Assembly: GCA_016935365.1 (NCBI GenBank)
Contig: JAFGRB010000067.1
Span: 11,901-75,900, forward strand
DNA length: 64,000 bases
Reading direction: 5' to 3'
Origin: Deltaproteobacteria bacterium
GTDB taxonomy: Bacteria; Myxococcota; B64-G9
Shown: positions 1-8,267 of the stretch, piece after piece
How the letters are laid out: every line of letters begins with the position of its first letter
Position numbering within the stretch: position 1 is the stretch's first letter
Made by a program: the position numbers and the translations under genes
The notes under the pieces: model-generated
Databases searched by the model: none
What the model saw: only the letters and a program-made list of their open reading frames with translations
What the model was told of the DNA's origin: nothing

Positions 1-1
1 C

Positions 2-1099
2 ATCTACGACTTCGTAAAAGAAGACGGTGTGTTCTTGATGGTCATGGAGTTCGTCGAGGGCATCGATCTCTTCGACCTGCTGGAGAAGGTCCACCGCGTG
101 CCGCCGACCGTCAGCGCCGCCATCGGGCTGGCCGTGGCCTCGGCCCTGGAGTATGCCCACTACCGGGGGATCATCCATCGGGACATCAAGCCCTCCAACA
201 TCATCTTGTCGCGCAAGGGAGAGGTGAAGCTGATGGACTTCGGTATCGCCCGGGACGAGAACCTGGGCGATCTGACCCGACCGGGCACCTCCCTGGGCAC
301 GCCCGCCTACATGTCGCCCGAGCAGATCATGGGCGTCAAGATCGACTTTCGCTCGGATCTGTTCTCGTTCGGGATCGTCCTCTACCAGCTGCTCACCGGC
401 GCCAAGCCCTTCACTGAGGGCGGCGGCAAGAGCATCATGCACAAGATCCTCAACACGGAGTTCATCCGTCCGCGCAAGCTCAATCCCAACATTCCCAGGG
501 CGCTGGAGCGGATCGTCTTGCGATGCCTGGCCAAGGAACCGGCAGATCGGTACAACAGCACCGGCGAGCTCCGGCGCGCTATCGAGAAGTACATCAGCCA
601 CCGGGTGCGCTTCAACTACTCCGGCCGGCTGGTGGCCTACCAGTACCACAACAAGCTCGTCTGCCGGGAAGAAGCGGAAAACTTCGTCTCCACGGACATC
701 CTGGACGACCCCGAGATCGAGCGCGAGGATGCCGGCCTGCCGCCGCCGTTGAAGCTGCGGACGATCGCATCGGTTCAAGCTGCCCTGGGTGTGGCCGCGC
801 TCACCGGCCTGCTGCTCGTCCACCTGGTCATGGGACGGCCGGCCGGCGTGGCCGCCCACGGCGGTGCGGTGACGGGACAGCCGGGCATGTTGAAGGTCGT
901 CGCCTGGCCATGGGCCGAGATCTGGATCGATGGGGCTTACGTGGAGACGACGCCCGTGGCCCGCTCGTTCTCGCTCTCGGCCGGAGTCCACACCATCACG
1001 CTCAAGAACCCCCACTTCAAGGACAGCACCGAGAAGGTGCTCATCGAGCCTGCACGCACGCAGAAGATCAAGGTGAGCTTGCAGCGCAACAAGCCATGA
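2..1099 (+). CDS. Ser/Thr protein kinase, 5'-truncated by the window edge, with a C-terminal PEGA-like domain
   Basis: The frame is open from nt 2 (IYDFVKEDGVFLMVMEFVEG, kinase subdomain V). Catalytic loop HRDIKPSNIIL, DFGIARD and GTPAYMSPEQ are present. A hydrophobic segment (AALGVAALTGLLLVHLV) is followed by a PEGA-like tail 'LKVVAWPWAEIWIDG...HTITLKNPHF'. Stop TGA at 1097-1099. Confidence 0.9.
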   Translation: MYDFVKEDGVFLMVMEFVEGIDLFDLLEKVHRVPPTVSAAIGLAVASALEYAHYRGIIHRDIKPSNIILSRKGEVKLMDFGIARDENLGDLTRPGTSLGTPAYMSPEQIMGVKIDFRSDLFSFGIVLYQLLTGAKPFTEGGGKSIMHKILNTEFIRPRKLNPNIPRALERIVLRCLAKEPADRYNSTGELRRAIEKYISHRVRFNYSGRLVAYQYHNKLVCREEAENFVSTDILDDPEIEREDAGLPPPLKLRTIASVQAALGVAALTGLLLVHLVMGRPAGVAAHGGAVTGQPGMLKVVAWPWAEIWIDGAYVETTPVARSFSLSAGVHTITLKNPHFKDSTEKVLIEPARTQKIKVSLQRNKP

Positions 1100-2343
1100 G
1101 CCGCAAGGAGCCTGGAGATACGCGAATGGCATGCCGCAATCCAGTGAGCGACGATTCGCACCTGAGCACTGGACACCCGCAGCGCTCGAGGCACACTGCG
1201 ATGGTGACGGGCGTGCTGGCCTGCCTGCTGTGGCCGCAGGCGGTCATGGCCCTGCGCTACAAGCCCCAGGCCAACGAGACGCTGTCCCACATCTCCTTGA
1301 TCCACTATGGCAGCCCCAAGAAGTACATCTACTTCACCTCCATCAACCGGATCTCGGACCCGGACAACTGGCCTCGCCGCATCCTTCGCATCCCCACGGT
1401 CTGGCCGTACCGCATCCGCAAGGGCGATGATCTCTCCAAGCTGGCCAGGAAGTACCTCAAGGATGCCGAGCGGGCCGACTTCCTCGCCTGGCAGAACCAC
1501 ATCAAGGATCCGCGCGACATCGAGCCCGGCACCCTCATTCACATTCCTTTCTTGATCAAGCACAAGGCGAGCAAGACCGACACGATGATCAAGGTGGCCA
1601 AGAGATACTACTGGTCCACGCGCCAGACGGGCCTGCTGCGCAAGTTCAACAACAAGCGCAACAACAAGCTCAAGGAGGGCGAGATCGTCTGGGTGCCGAT
1701 CTACGACCAGCAGGCGCACACCGACAGGGTCCGCGAGCGGCTCAAGCAGTACCAGGAGAAGGAGCTCAAGGCCGCCGAGGAAGCGCGCAAGCGAGCCCAG
1801 CGCCTCGCCGCCGACAAGAAGCGCGACCCGGACACGAAGCCTGGGGACTCCGTCGAGAAGCCGGGCGACGGCGCCAAGCCTGACGCAGCGGGCGACGGCA
1901 AGCCGGACGAGCCGGAAGACAGGCGGCCCGACGAGAAGACAGACGATGCCGGATCGGACGCGAGCTCCGGAGACTTGGACAATCCCCCGGATGAGCCGCC
2001 CGATCTGGAGGCCATCCTGGGAGACGCGAGCCCGACCACCCGCAGCTCCTCCGGCCTGAACATCCGGCTCATCCGAGAGGCCACCGAGCTGTACCGCGAC
2101 GGCGAGTACGAGCTGGCCCGGGCCAACCTGGAGCGCGCGCTGGAGAGCGGAGATCTGGCCAAGGAGGACGAGGCCGACGCGCGCGAGGTGCTGGCCTTCT
2201 GCCTCGTGGCTCTCGATCGCAACAAGGAAGCCGAGCACGAGTTCGTGCGCCTGCTCATGGTGGTGCCCGATCGCAAGCTCGATCCCGTCACCACTTCGCC
2301 CAAGATCTTGGGCGTCTTCGAGCGCGCGATGGGTGGACGCTGA
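1096..2343 (+). CDS. Secreted protein with three LysM-like repeats, a charged linker and a TPR-like C-terminus
   Basis: ATG 1096 overlaps the kinase stop (ATGA). Three LysM-like segments end in 'ILRIP', 'TLIHIP' and 'EIVWVP' (e.g. 'GDDLSKLARKYL...'). A K/E/D/P-rich linker follows, then the C-terminal helices 'ATELYRDGEYELARANLERAL'. Alternative starts lie downstream (e.g. MVTGVLACLLW). The ORF-track start at 523 is a GC shadow inside the kinase gene. Confidence 0.7.
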   Translation: MSRKEPGDTRMACRNPVSDDSHLSTGHPQRSRHTAMVTGVLACLLWPQAVMALRYKPQANETLSHISLIHYGSPKKYIYFTSINRISDPDNWPRRILRIPTVWPYRIRKGDDLSKLARKYLKDAERADFLAWQNHIKDPRDIEPGTLIHIPFLIKHKASKTDTMIKVAKRYYWSTRQTGLLRKFNNKRNNKLKEGEIVWVPIYDQQAHTDRVRERLKQYQEKELKAAEEARKRAQRLAADKKRDPDTKPGDSVEKPGDGAKPDAAGDGKPDEPEDRRPDEKTDDAGSDASSGDLDNPPDEPPDLEAILGDASPTTRSSSGLNIRLIREATELYRDGEYELARANLERALESGDLAKEDEADAREVLAFCLVALDRNKEAEHEFVRLLMVVPDRKLDPVTTSPKILGVFERAMGGR

Positions 2344-2351
2344 GGCCCGGC

Positions 2352-2771
2352 TCAGTTCTTGCGCGTCTCGAAGACCAGCAGGTAGGGCACGGCGGGCCGC
2401 TGGCCGGTGTCTCGGAAGGCGTTGAACTGACCCTTGTTGATCCAGATCGCGTAGGCCTTGCCCGGCGCGAGTTCGACCGGCAGCACGATGCTGCGCCGGT
2501 CCTTCAAGTAGTGCGGCTGGCCCGTGGTCTTCGGATAGCTGGCCGGATCGATCTGGACGAAGGACCACATCCGCTCGGTCAGCATGTCCTTGGAGAACCG
2601 CACCCGGATCTCCTTCAGCCCGGGATCCACGACCCGGTCGCCCGATCGAGGCGTCGTCTCCACCACCACCGGCGGCAAGCTGGCCACCGAGATCTCGCCC
2701 GCCCCGGCCCTGCCCGCTGCCATCAAGACGAGGGATCCGATCGCTGCGCACAGCAGAACGCCTGGCTTCAT
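2352..2771 (-). CDS. Small secreted Ig-like (bacterial Ig/SbsA-type) domain protein
   Basis: ATG (rc) at 2769-2771 is preceded by GGAGG. Signal peptide MKPGVLLCAAIGSLVLMAAGRAGA. One beta-sandwich-like domain 'VVETTPRSGDRVVDPGLKEIRVRFSKDM'. The rest of ORF 2352..3887 is Arg/Ala/Gly-rich antisense shadow of the next gene. Confidence 0.7.
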   Translation of the reverse strand: MKPGVLLCAAIGSLVLMAAGRAGAGEISVASLPPVVVETTPRSGDRVVDPGLKEIRVRFSKDMLTERMWSFVQIDPASYPKTTGQPHYLKDRRSIVLPVELAPGKAYAIWINKGQFNAFRDTGQRPAVPYLLVFETRKN

Positions 2772-2915
2772 CTGCTCACCTCCTCTGTTGGTCTCACGAT
2801 ACACGAATCGGTCGGCAGCACAAAGCGCTCGCAGCGCCCCCTTCTCGCTTGAAAGCGCGGTGACGGCGTGGGAGTAATGGTCCAGATGGCCCGAGCGGCC
2901 GCAGGAGAACACGCC

Positions 2916-4781
2916 ATGCGACTGACGTCCCGGCTCCGATTCGCGCTCGCCTGGATCCTCATGGCCGCAGCAGCCCCGGATGCCTCGGCGGCACCCGGGC
3001 TCCGGGGGCGGGCCGACCGCGATCTGGACGGGGTGGAGGACGAGCTGGACTGCGCCCCGGAGGATGCCGCCTTCGGCACGCGGAGCTGCGACGCGGACGG
3101 GGACGGGTACTGCAGCCGGGCCATCTCCGGCCGCGTACAGGCCGCCTTCTGCCCGCTCGATTGCGGTCAGGGCCTCTGCCGGCCAAACGACTGCGACGAC
3201 AACCCGGCCATGTGCGGTGCGGGCTGCTTCCCTCTCAACCCGGCCCCGGACATCTGCGACGGGGTCGACCAGGACTGCGACGGCCAGCGCGACGAGGATC
3301 CCGACCTGCGGTGGTTCGCCGACTCCGATCTCGATGGCTACACGGCGAGCGAGGGCAGCGTGCTGGCCTGCGAGGATCCGGACGGCGACCAGGCCGTGTG
3401 GCTGGGCTCGGCCACCGAGGAGGACTGCGACGACGGCCAGGCGCTGTCGAATCCCGGCCTGGACGAGGACTGCTCGGACGGCATCGACAACGACTGCGAC
3501 GGGCTGACGGACGGTGCAGACGACGATTGTCCCGTGTGCGGCAACGGTCGGCTGGACGGTGGCGAGGCCTGCGACGACGGCGGTCTTGCTGGCGGGGACG
3601 GCTGCGATCCATCTTGCGAGCTCGAGGTCGGCTGGGCCTGTCGGCAAGAGCCCGGCAGCCCGAGCGTCTGCGGGCACATCGCCAGCGCCGGCGAGGTGGT
3701 CATTTCCGAGATCATGGTGAACCCCGGCTGCGTCACGGACAGCGCGGGCGAGTACGTGGAGATCCGCAACGCGGCCGACCGCGACCTCGTGCTGCGCGGC
3801 TGGCTGCTCGGCGATCGAGACACCGACGCCCACGTCCTTCGCGATCTCGTCCTGCCTCTCGGCGGTTACGCCGTGATCTGCCGCCATGCCCAGATGGACG
3901 AGAACGGCGGCGTGGCCTGCGACGCCGAGGCCTCCATGGTGCTGGCCAACGCACGGGACGAGCTGCGGCTATTGGATCCCGACGACGTGCTGATCGACGA
4001 GGTCGCATACGACACCGCGGCGGGCTTTCCGGACCTGAGCGGGGCGGCCATGGTGCTGACCCATGGCGCGGACGCCACGGCCAACGACGAGGGCGCCAGC
4101 TGGTGCTCCTCCCTCTCGGTGATCAGCCACTGCGGCGACCTGGGCTCGCCCGGTCTTCCCAATCGCGATTGCGGGAGCGCCTGCTGGGACCGCGATCAGG
4201 ACGGCCACGAGGCGCGGCCCTGCGGTGGAGACGACTGCGACGACATGGATCCGGACACCCATCCGGGCGCAGAGGAGCGCTGCGGAGACGGCGTGGACAA
4301 CGACTGCGACGGCCTGACCGACATGGTCGACGACCTTTGCTGTGACGACGCGGACGAAGACGGCTACGGCGAGGGCTGCGGCGCCGGGCCCGACTGCGAC
4401 GACGCCGACCCCGCGGTTCACCCCGGAGCGGCGGAGAGCTGCGCTGACGGGCTCGACAACGACTGCGACGGACGCACCGACGGCCAGGATCTGGATTGCG
4501 GAGGCCTGTGCTCGGATCGAGACCTGGACGGCTACACGGACCGACAGTGCGGCGGAAACGACTGCGACGACGACAACGCGGATGTCCATCCCGGCGCGAC
4601 GGAGCGTTGCGATGACGAGTTGGACAACGACTGCGACGGCGCCGTGGATGCACAGGATGACGACTGCGCATCGGGCGAAGGCTGCGGCTGCAGGGCCTCT
4701 GCGCCGGAGGCGAGCCCGTGGATCGCGCTCGCCGCGCTGTGTTTCTGGCTGAGACGGCGCGGGCTATTGCGAGCGGCTTGA
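2916..4781 (+). CDS. Secreted Cys-rich repeat protein with a lamin-tail domain and a MYXO-CTERM-like sorting tail
   Basis: ATG 2916 follows GGAG. Signal peptide MRLTSRLRFALAWILMAAAAPDASA. The module 'DCDDxxxxxHPGAxExCxDGxDNDCDGxxD' recurs (e.g. DCDDMDPDTHPGAEERCGDGVDNDCDGLTD), matching the putative metal-binding motif of myxobacterial proteins. A central LTD-like segment reads 'VVISEIMVNPGCVTDSAGEYVEIRNAADRDLVLRGWLLGDRD'. The C-terminus 'GCGCRASAPEASPWIALAALCFWLRRRG' matches the MYXO-CTERM pattern (GCGC, hydrophobic helix, RRR). Confidence 0.85.
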   Translation: MRLTSRLRFALAWILMAAAAPDASAAPGLRGRADRDLDGVEDELDCAPEDAAFGTRSCDADGDGYCSRAISGRVQAAFCPLDCGQGLCRPNDCDDNPAMCGAGCFPLNPAPDICDGVDQDCDGQRDEDPDLRWFADSDLDGYTASEGSVLACEDPDGDQAVWLGSATEEDCDDGQALSNPGLDEDCSDGIDNDCDGLTDGADDDCPVCGNGRLDGGEACDDGGLAGGDGCDPSCELEVGWACRQEPGSPSVCGHIASAGEVVISEIMVNPGCVTDSAGEYVEIRNAADRDLVLRGWLLGDRDTDAHVLRDLVLPLGGYAVICRHAQMDENGGVACDAEASMVLANARDELRLLDPDDVLIDEVAYDTAAGFPDLSGAAMVLTHGADATANDEGASWCSSLSVISHCGDLGSPGLPNRDCGSACWDRDQDGHEARPCGGDDCDDMDPDTHPGAEERCGDGVDNDCDGLTDMVDDLCCDDADEDGYGEGCGAGPDCDDADPAVHPGAAESCADGLDNDCDGRTDGQDLDCGGLCSDRDLDGYTDRQCGGNDCDDDNADVHPGATERCDDELDNDCDGAVDAQDDDCASGEGCGCRASAPEASPWIALAALCFWLRRRGLLRAA

Positions 4782-4864
4782 GCGCTCCGCGCTTTTCGCT
4801 TTCGATCTCCACCTTTCGAGGATAGAATTCCCTTCGGCCCGGCTCCGGCCGGGCGGGGAGCGCC

Positions 4865-6844
4865 ATGAGGCTCTCGCTGGCCACCAAGATCTTCATCGGA
4901 TTCAGCGTCGTCCTGGCGGTCTTCGGCACCGTGACCGTCTACGGTGTGACCCGCTTCAGCTCGGTACGCCAGAAGCTGAGCACGGTGAATCGCGGGTACC
5001 TGCCTCTCGATCGCATCGCCGCCAGCATCGAGACGCTGCAGGAGACGACCCGCCGGAGCGTCGACGGCATTCTGCGTTTCGACAACGTGGACCTGCAGCG
5101 ATCCCTGCTGGTCAAGAACCGCCGCTCGTTCAGCCGCAACATGACAAGCAAGATCGAGCGGGCGATGGCCATCCTCCAGAAGCTCGAGAGCCAGCCCATT
5201 TCCGAGCGCGAGCAGTCCTTTCTGGTCGCCACCCGCGATCGCTTCGAGAGGATGCAGCAGCGGACCGACGAGATCGCGACGTCGCTGGAGCTCATCCTTC
5301 AGGGGCTGGATCAGCTCGATCGGCCCGCCGGCGAGACGGATGGCGTTCGCAACCTGCGCAAGAACGAGCGGCAGCTGGCCCGCGATGTACGCCTGCTCAA
5401 GCTTGCCTTGAAGAACATGATCAGCACCCAGATGCTGCGGGTCGAGGAAGAGGACAGCGAGTCGGTCGGCGTGATTCTATGGCTGACCGTGCTGGCGCTG
5501 CTGGTGAGCACCGCGGTCACGGCCGCCTCGCTCTGGGCCATGCGCCCCATCCGCCGCCTGGCCGAGGCAGCCCGCCGCATCTCCCAGGGTGACTTCGCAC
5601 ACACCGTCGAGGTTTCATCCAAGGATGAATTCGGCTTTCTGGCGAGCGAGTTCAACCGCATGGCCCGCTCGCTCGCCCAGCGCGAGGACGAGCTCCGCCG
5701 CCAGCAAGGCCAGCTGGAGAGCATCAACCTCCAGCTCAGGCAGTCGAGCATCGATCTCGAGCTGATCACTCTGTTCTACGAGCACATCATCCGCTCCATC
5801 CACAACGGCATCCTGGTGGTCAACGCGCTGGGCGAAGTGACGACGGTCAACCCGGCGGCCGAGCAGATCTTCGAGCTGTCCTCGGATGCGATCAGCGGCC
5901 AGCGCCTGGATTCGCTTCCCTTCGCCGCATCCATGTCCGCTCTGCTGGAATCCTGGGAGCGGGTTCTGCAGCGCGATGAGCCCATCCTCTTCGAGGCGCT
6001 GGAGTTCGTTGTCCCCTCCCGCGGTCAGATCCTGGTCGATCTCTACGCCGCGGCCCTGCGGGACGCGCGCGGAGAGCGCCAGGGCGTATTGCTGGTGTGC
6101 GAGGACGTGACCGAGAGAGTCCGCACCAAGCAGGCGCTCCTCCAATCCGAACGCATGGCCACGATCGGCCGCATGTCGGCCCTGGTCGCCCACGAGATCC
6201 GCAATCCGCTGAGCTCCATCGGCCTCAACACGGAGCTGCTCCAGGAGGAGATCGAGCAGCTGCCCTCCGATGCGACCGCCGAGGCGAGCGCCATTCTCTC
6301 GTCCATCTCGCGCGAGGTGGAACGCTTGACTGAGGTCACGGACGAGTACTTGCGCTTTGCCAGGGTGCCCAGGCCAAACCTCGTCCCGGAGCGGTTGAAC
6401 CAAATCCTCGAGGATCTCTTGCGTTTCCTGAAGAGCGAGCTGGACGACGCCGGCATCGAGATCAAGCACGACCTCGATCCCGACGTGACCACCATCCCGG
6501 CCGACGAGAACCAGCTCCGGCAGGCCTTTCTCAATCTGATCAAGAACTCGGCCGACTCGATGAGCACAGGTGGAACCTTGACGATCTCCACCGAGCGGAC
6601 CGACGGCCAGATCCACGTCCGCATCTCCGACACGGGTGAGGGCATCGCCGAGGAGCGGATCGGCCGGATCTTCGACCCCTTCTTCTCGACTCGAGACGGC
6701 GGTACGGGTCTCGGTCTATCGCTGACCCAGCAGATCGTCAGCGAGCACGGGGGATCGATCAGCTGCGAGAGCAAACCCGGACAGGGGACCGTGTTCGTGG
6801 TGCACTTGCCGACGAGCCAGTCTCCGGGCGAAGAGCCTTCCTGA
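4865..6844 (+). CDS. Sensor histidine kinase (TM-HAMP-PAS-HisKA-HATPase)
   Basis: Two TM helices. HAMP 'RPIRRLAEAARRISQGDFAHTVEVSSKDEFGFLASEFNRMARSL'. PAS 'IIRSIHNGILVVNALGEVTTVNPAAEQIF'. H-box 'HEIRNPLSSI', N-box 'LNLIKNSADS', G1 'DTGEGI', G2 'GGTGLGLS'. Confidence 0.95.
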   Translation: MRLSLATKIFIGFSVVLAVFGTVTVYGVTRFSSVRQKLSTVNRGYLPLDRIAASIETLQETTRRSVDGILRFDNVDLQRSLLVKNRRSFSRNMTSKIERAMAILQKLESQPISEREQSFLVATRDRFERMQQRTDEIATSLELILQGLDQLDRPAGETDGVRNLRKNERQLARDVRLLKLALKNMISTQMLRVEEEDSESVGVILWLTVLALLVSTAVTAASLWAMRPIRRLAEAARRISQGDFAHTVEVSSKDEFGFLASEFNRMARSLAQREDELRRQQGQLESINLQLRQSSIDLELITLFYEHIIRSIHNGILVVNALGEVTTVNPAAEQIFELSSDAISGQRLDSLPFAASMSALLESWERVLQRDEPILFEALEFVVPSRGQILVDLYAAALRDARGERQGVLLVCEDVTERVRTKQALLQSERMATIGRMSALVAHEIRNPLSSIGLNTELLQEEIEQLPSDATAEASAILSSISREVERLTEVTDEYLRFARVPRPNLVPERLNQILEDLLRFLKSELDDAGIEIKHDLDPDVTTIPADENQLRQAFLNLIKNSADSMSTGGTLTISTERTDGQIHVRISDTGEGIAEERIGRIFDPFFSTRDGGTGLGLSLTQQIVSEHGGSISCESKPGQGTVFVVHLPTSQSPGEEPS

Positions 6845-6857
6845 GGAGGACGAGGCG

Positions 6858-8267
6858 GTGGCCGTCGGCAGGCAGTTTTCGGGATTCACCCTGCGCAGGA
6901 AGATAGCCACTGGAGGCATGGCGGAGATCTATCTGGCGAGCCAGCAGACCGCAGAAGGGCTGCGGCCGTGCGTCATCAAGATGATGCGGCCCGAATCCTT
7001 GCGCGATCCCCGTGCCCTCAAGCTCTTCCTCGGCGAGGCGCGCCTGGCCTCCCAACTGGAGAATCCCCACATCGTCCGCATCTTCGACCGTGATCGAGTC
7101 GACAACTACCACTTCATCGCCATGGAGTACGTGACCGGCGAGACGCTCTACCACATCATTCATCAGGCGGTCCAAGAGCAGCGTCGAGTCGAGCCCGGCG
7201 AGGCCGCAGCCATGATCCTGCAGGTCTGCGAGGGGCTGAGCTATGCTCACGAGCTCCGCGATCCCCACGGCCAGCCTCTGCACATCGTCCACCGGGACAT
7301 CACACCGGCCAACTTGATCCTGACATACAGCGGCCAGCTGAAGATCCTCGATTTCGGCATCGCCCTGGCCCGGAATCGAAGCCTGGAGGTCCCGAAAGGC
7401 AAGGCCCTGGGCAAGTTCGGGTACATGTCCCCGGAGCAATGTCGCAGCGAGAGCATGGATCTCCGCACGGACATCTTCTCCCTGGGCGTGGTGTTCTGGG
7501 AACTGCTGACCGGCCGGAGCCTCTTCGCGGGCGGGAGCCTCAAGGACCTGGTCGAGTCCATCATCCGCGGCGAGATCGAGCCTCCCTCGCGATACAACGC
7601 GGCTGTCTCTCCGCTGCTGGACACGGCGATCCTTCGCTCGCTCGAGCGGCGGCCCGGGGATCGCTTCCAGAGCTGCCGCGAGCTGGCCCTGGCCATCGAG
7701 GAGGCCTTCGTCGATGGCGGTCTGGCGAGCTGCGAGGACCTGACGGACATGCTGGTCGAGCTGTTCGGCAAACGGCGGCGGCGCCTGGTGCTGAAGGGAG
7801 ACGTGGGCGCCGAGCTCGATCTGGAGGCGATGCTCTTCGACGACCTGGACGCCGAGCCGCCTGAGCAGCCTACGCGATCCAAGCAGCCGAAGCCCGGTCT
7901 GCATCTGAGCCGCCTGACGACCATCCTGCTCCTGGTGGTGGTGGCGGTCTTGGCCGTCGGCGCGGGGACCATCCTGTCCGTCAAGCTCTTCGGTCACACG
8001 CCTCACAGAGAGCAAACCCCGACCAGCAGCTATGGCTCCCTGGTCGTCGACTCCTCTCCCAGGAGTGCCCGGGTTTTCGTCGATGGCCAGGACTCGGGAC
8101 GCGATACACCAGCCAGGCTGGGCGGGATCCGGATGCACGCCCTGCACGAGATCCGCATCAGCAAGGACGGATTCGAGGACTGGACCGGCCGGGTGCGTCT
8201 CGACCAGGAGATGCGCCGGATCTACGCCCAGCTCCGAGCCGTGAAGCCCGGAATCACCGCACCATGA
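6858..8267 (+). CDS. Ser/Thr protein kinase with a TM segment and a C-terminal PEGA domain
   Basis: GTG start. Gly-loop 'IATGGMAEIYLA', catalytic loop 'HRDITPANLIL', 'DFGIALA' and 'GYMSPEQ'. TM helix 'LTTILLLVVVAVLAVGAGTIL'. PEGA-like 'GSLVVDSSPRSARVFVDGQDSG...HEIRISKDGFEDW'. Confidence 0.93.
   Translation: MAVGRQFSGFTLRRKIATGGMAEIYLASQQTAEGLRPCVIKMMRPESLRDPRALKLFLGEARLASQLENPHIVRIFDRDRVDNYHFIAMEYVTGETLYHIIHQAVQEQRRVEPGEAAAMILQVCEGLSYAHELRDPHGQPLHIVHRDITPANLILTYSGQLKILDFGIALARNRSLEVPKGKALGKFGYMSPEQCRSESMDLRTDIFSLGVVFWELLTGRSLFAGGSLKDLVESIIRGEIEPPSRYNAAVSPLLDTAILRSLERRPGDRFQSCRELALAIEEAFVDGGLASCEDLTDMLVELFGKRRRRLVLKGDVGAELDLEAMLFDDLDAEPPEQPTRSKQPKPGLHLSRLTTILLLVVVAVLAVGAGTILSVKLFGHTPHREQTPTSSYGSLVVDSSPRSARVFVDGQDSGRDTPARLGGIRMHALHEIRISKDGFEDWTGRVRLDQEMRRIYAQLRAVKPGITAP

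Noticed and set aside
2868-2915. The track start (2868, 'MGVMVQMARAAAGEHA') for the MYXO-CTERM protein.
   Set aside because: ATG 2916 is preceded by GGAG and opens directly into a canonical signal peptide. The 16 extra residues would bury that peptide.
4781-4800. A possible rho-independent terminator (AGCGC-TCC-GCGCT followed by TTTCGCTTTCG) lies right after the MYXO-CTERM gene stop.
   Set aside because: It has only a 5-bp stem with a 3-nt loop and an interrupted T-tract. That is too weak to call without energy calculation or transcript data.
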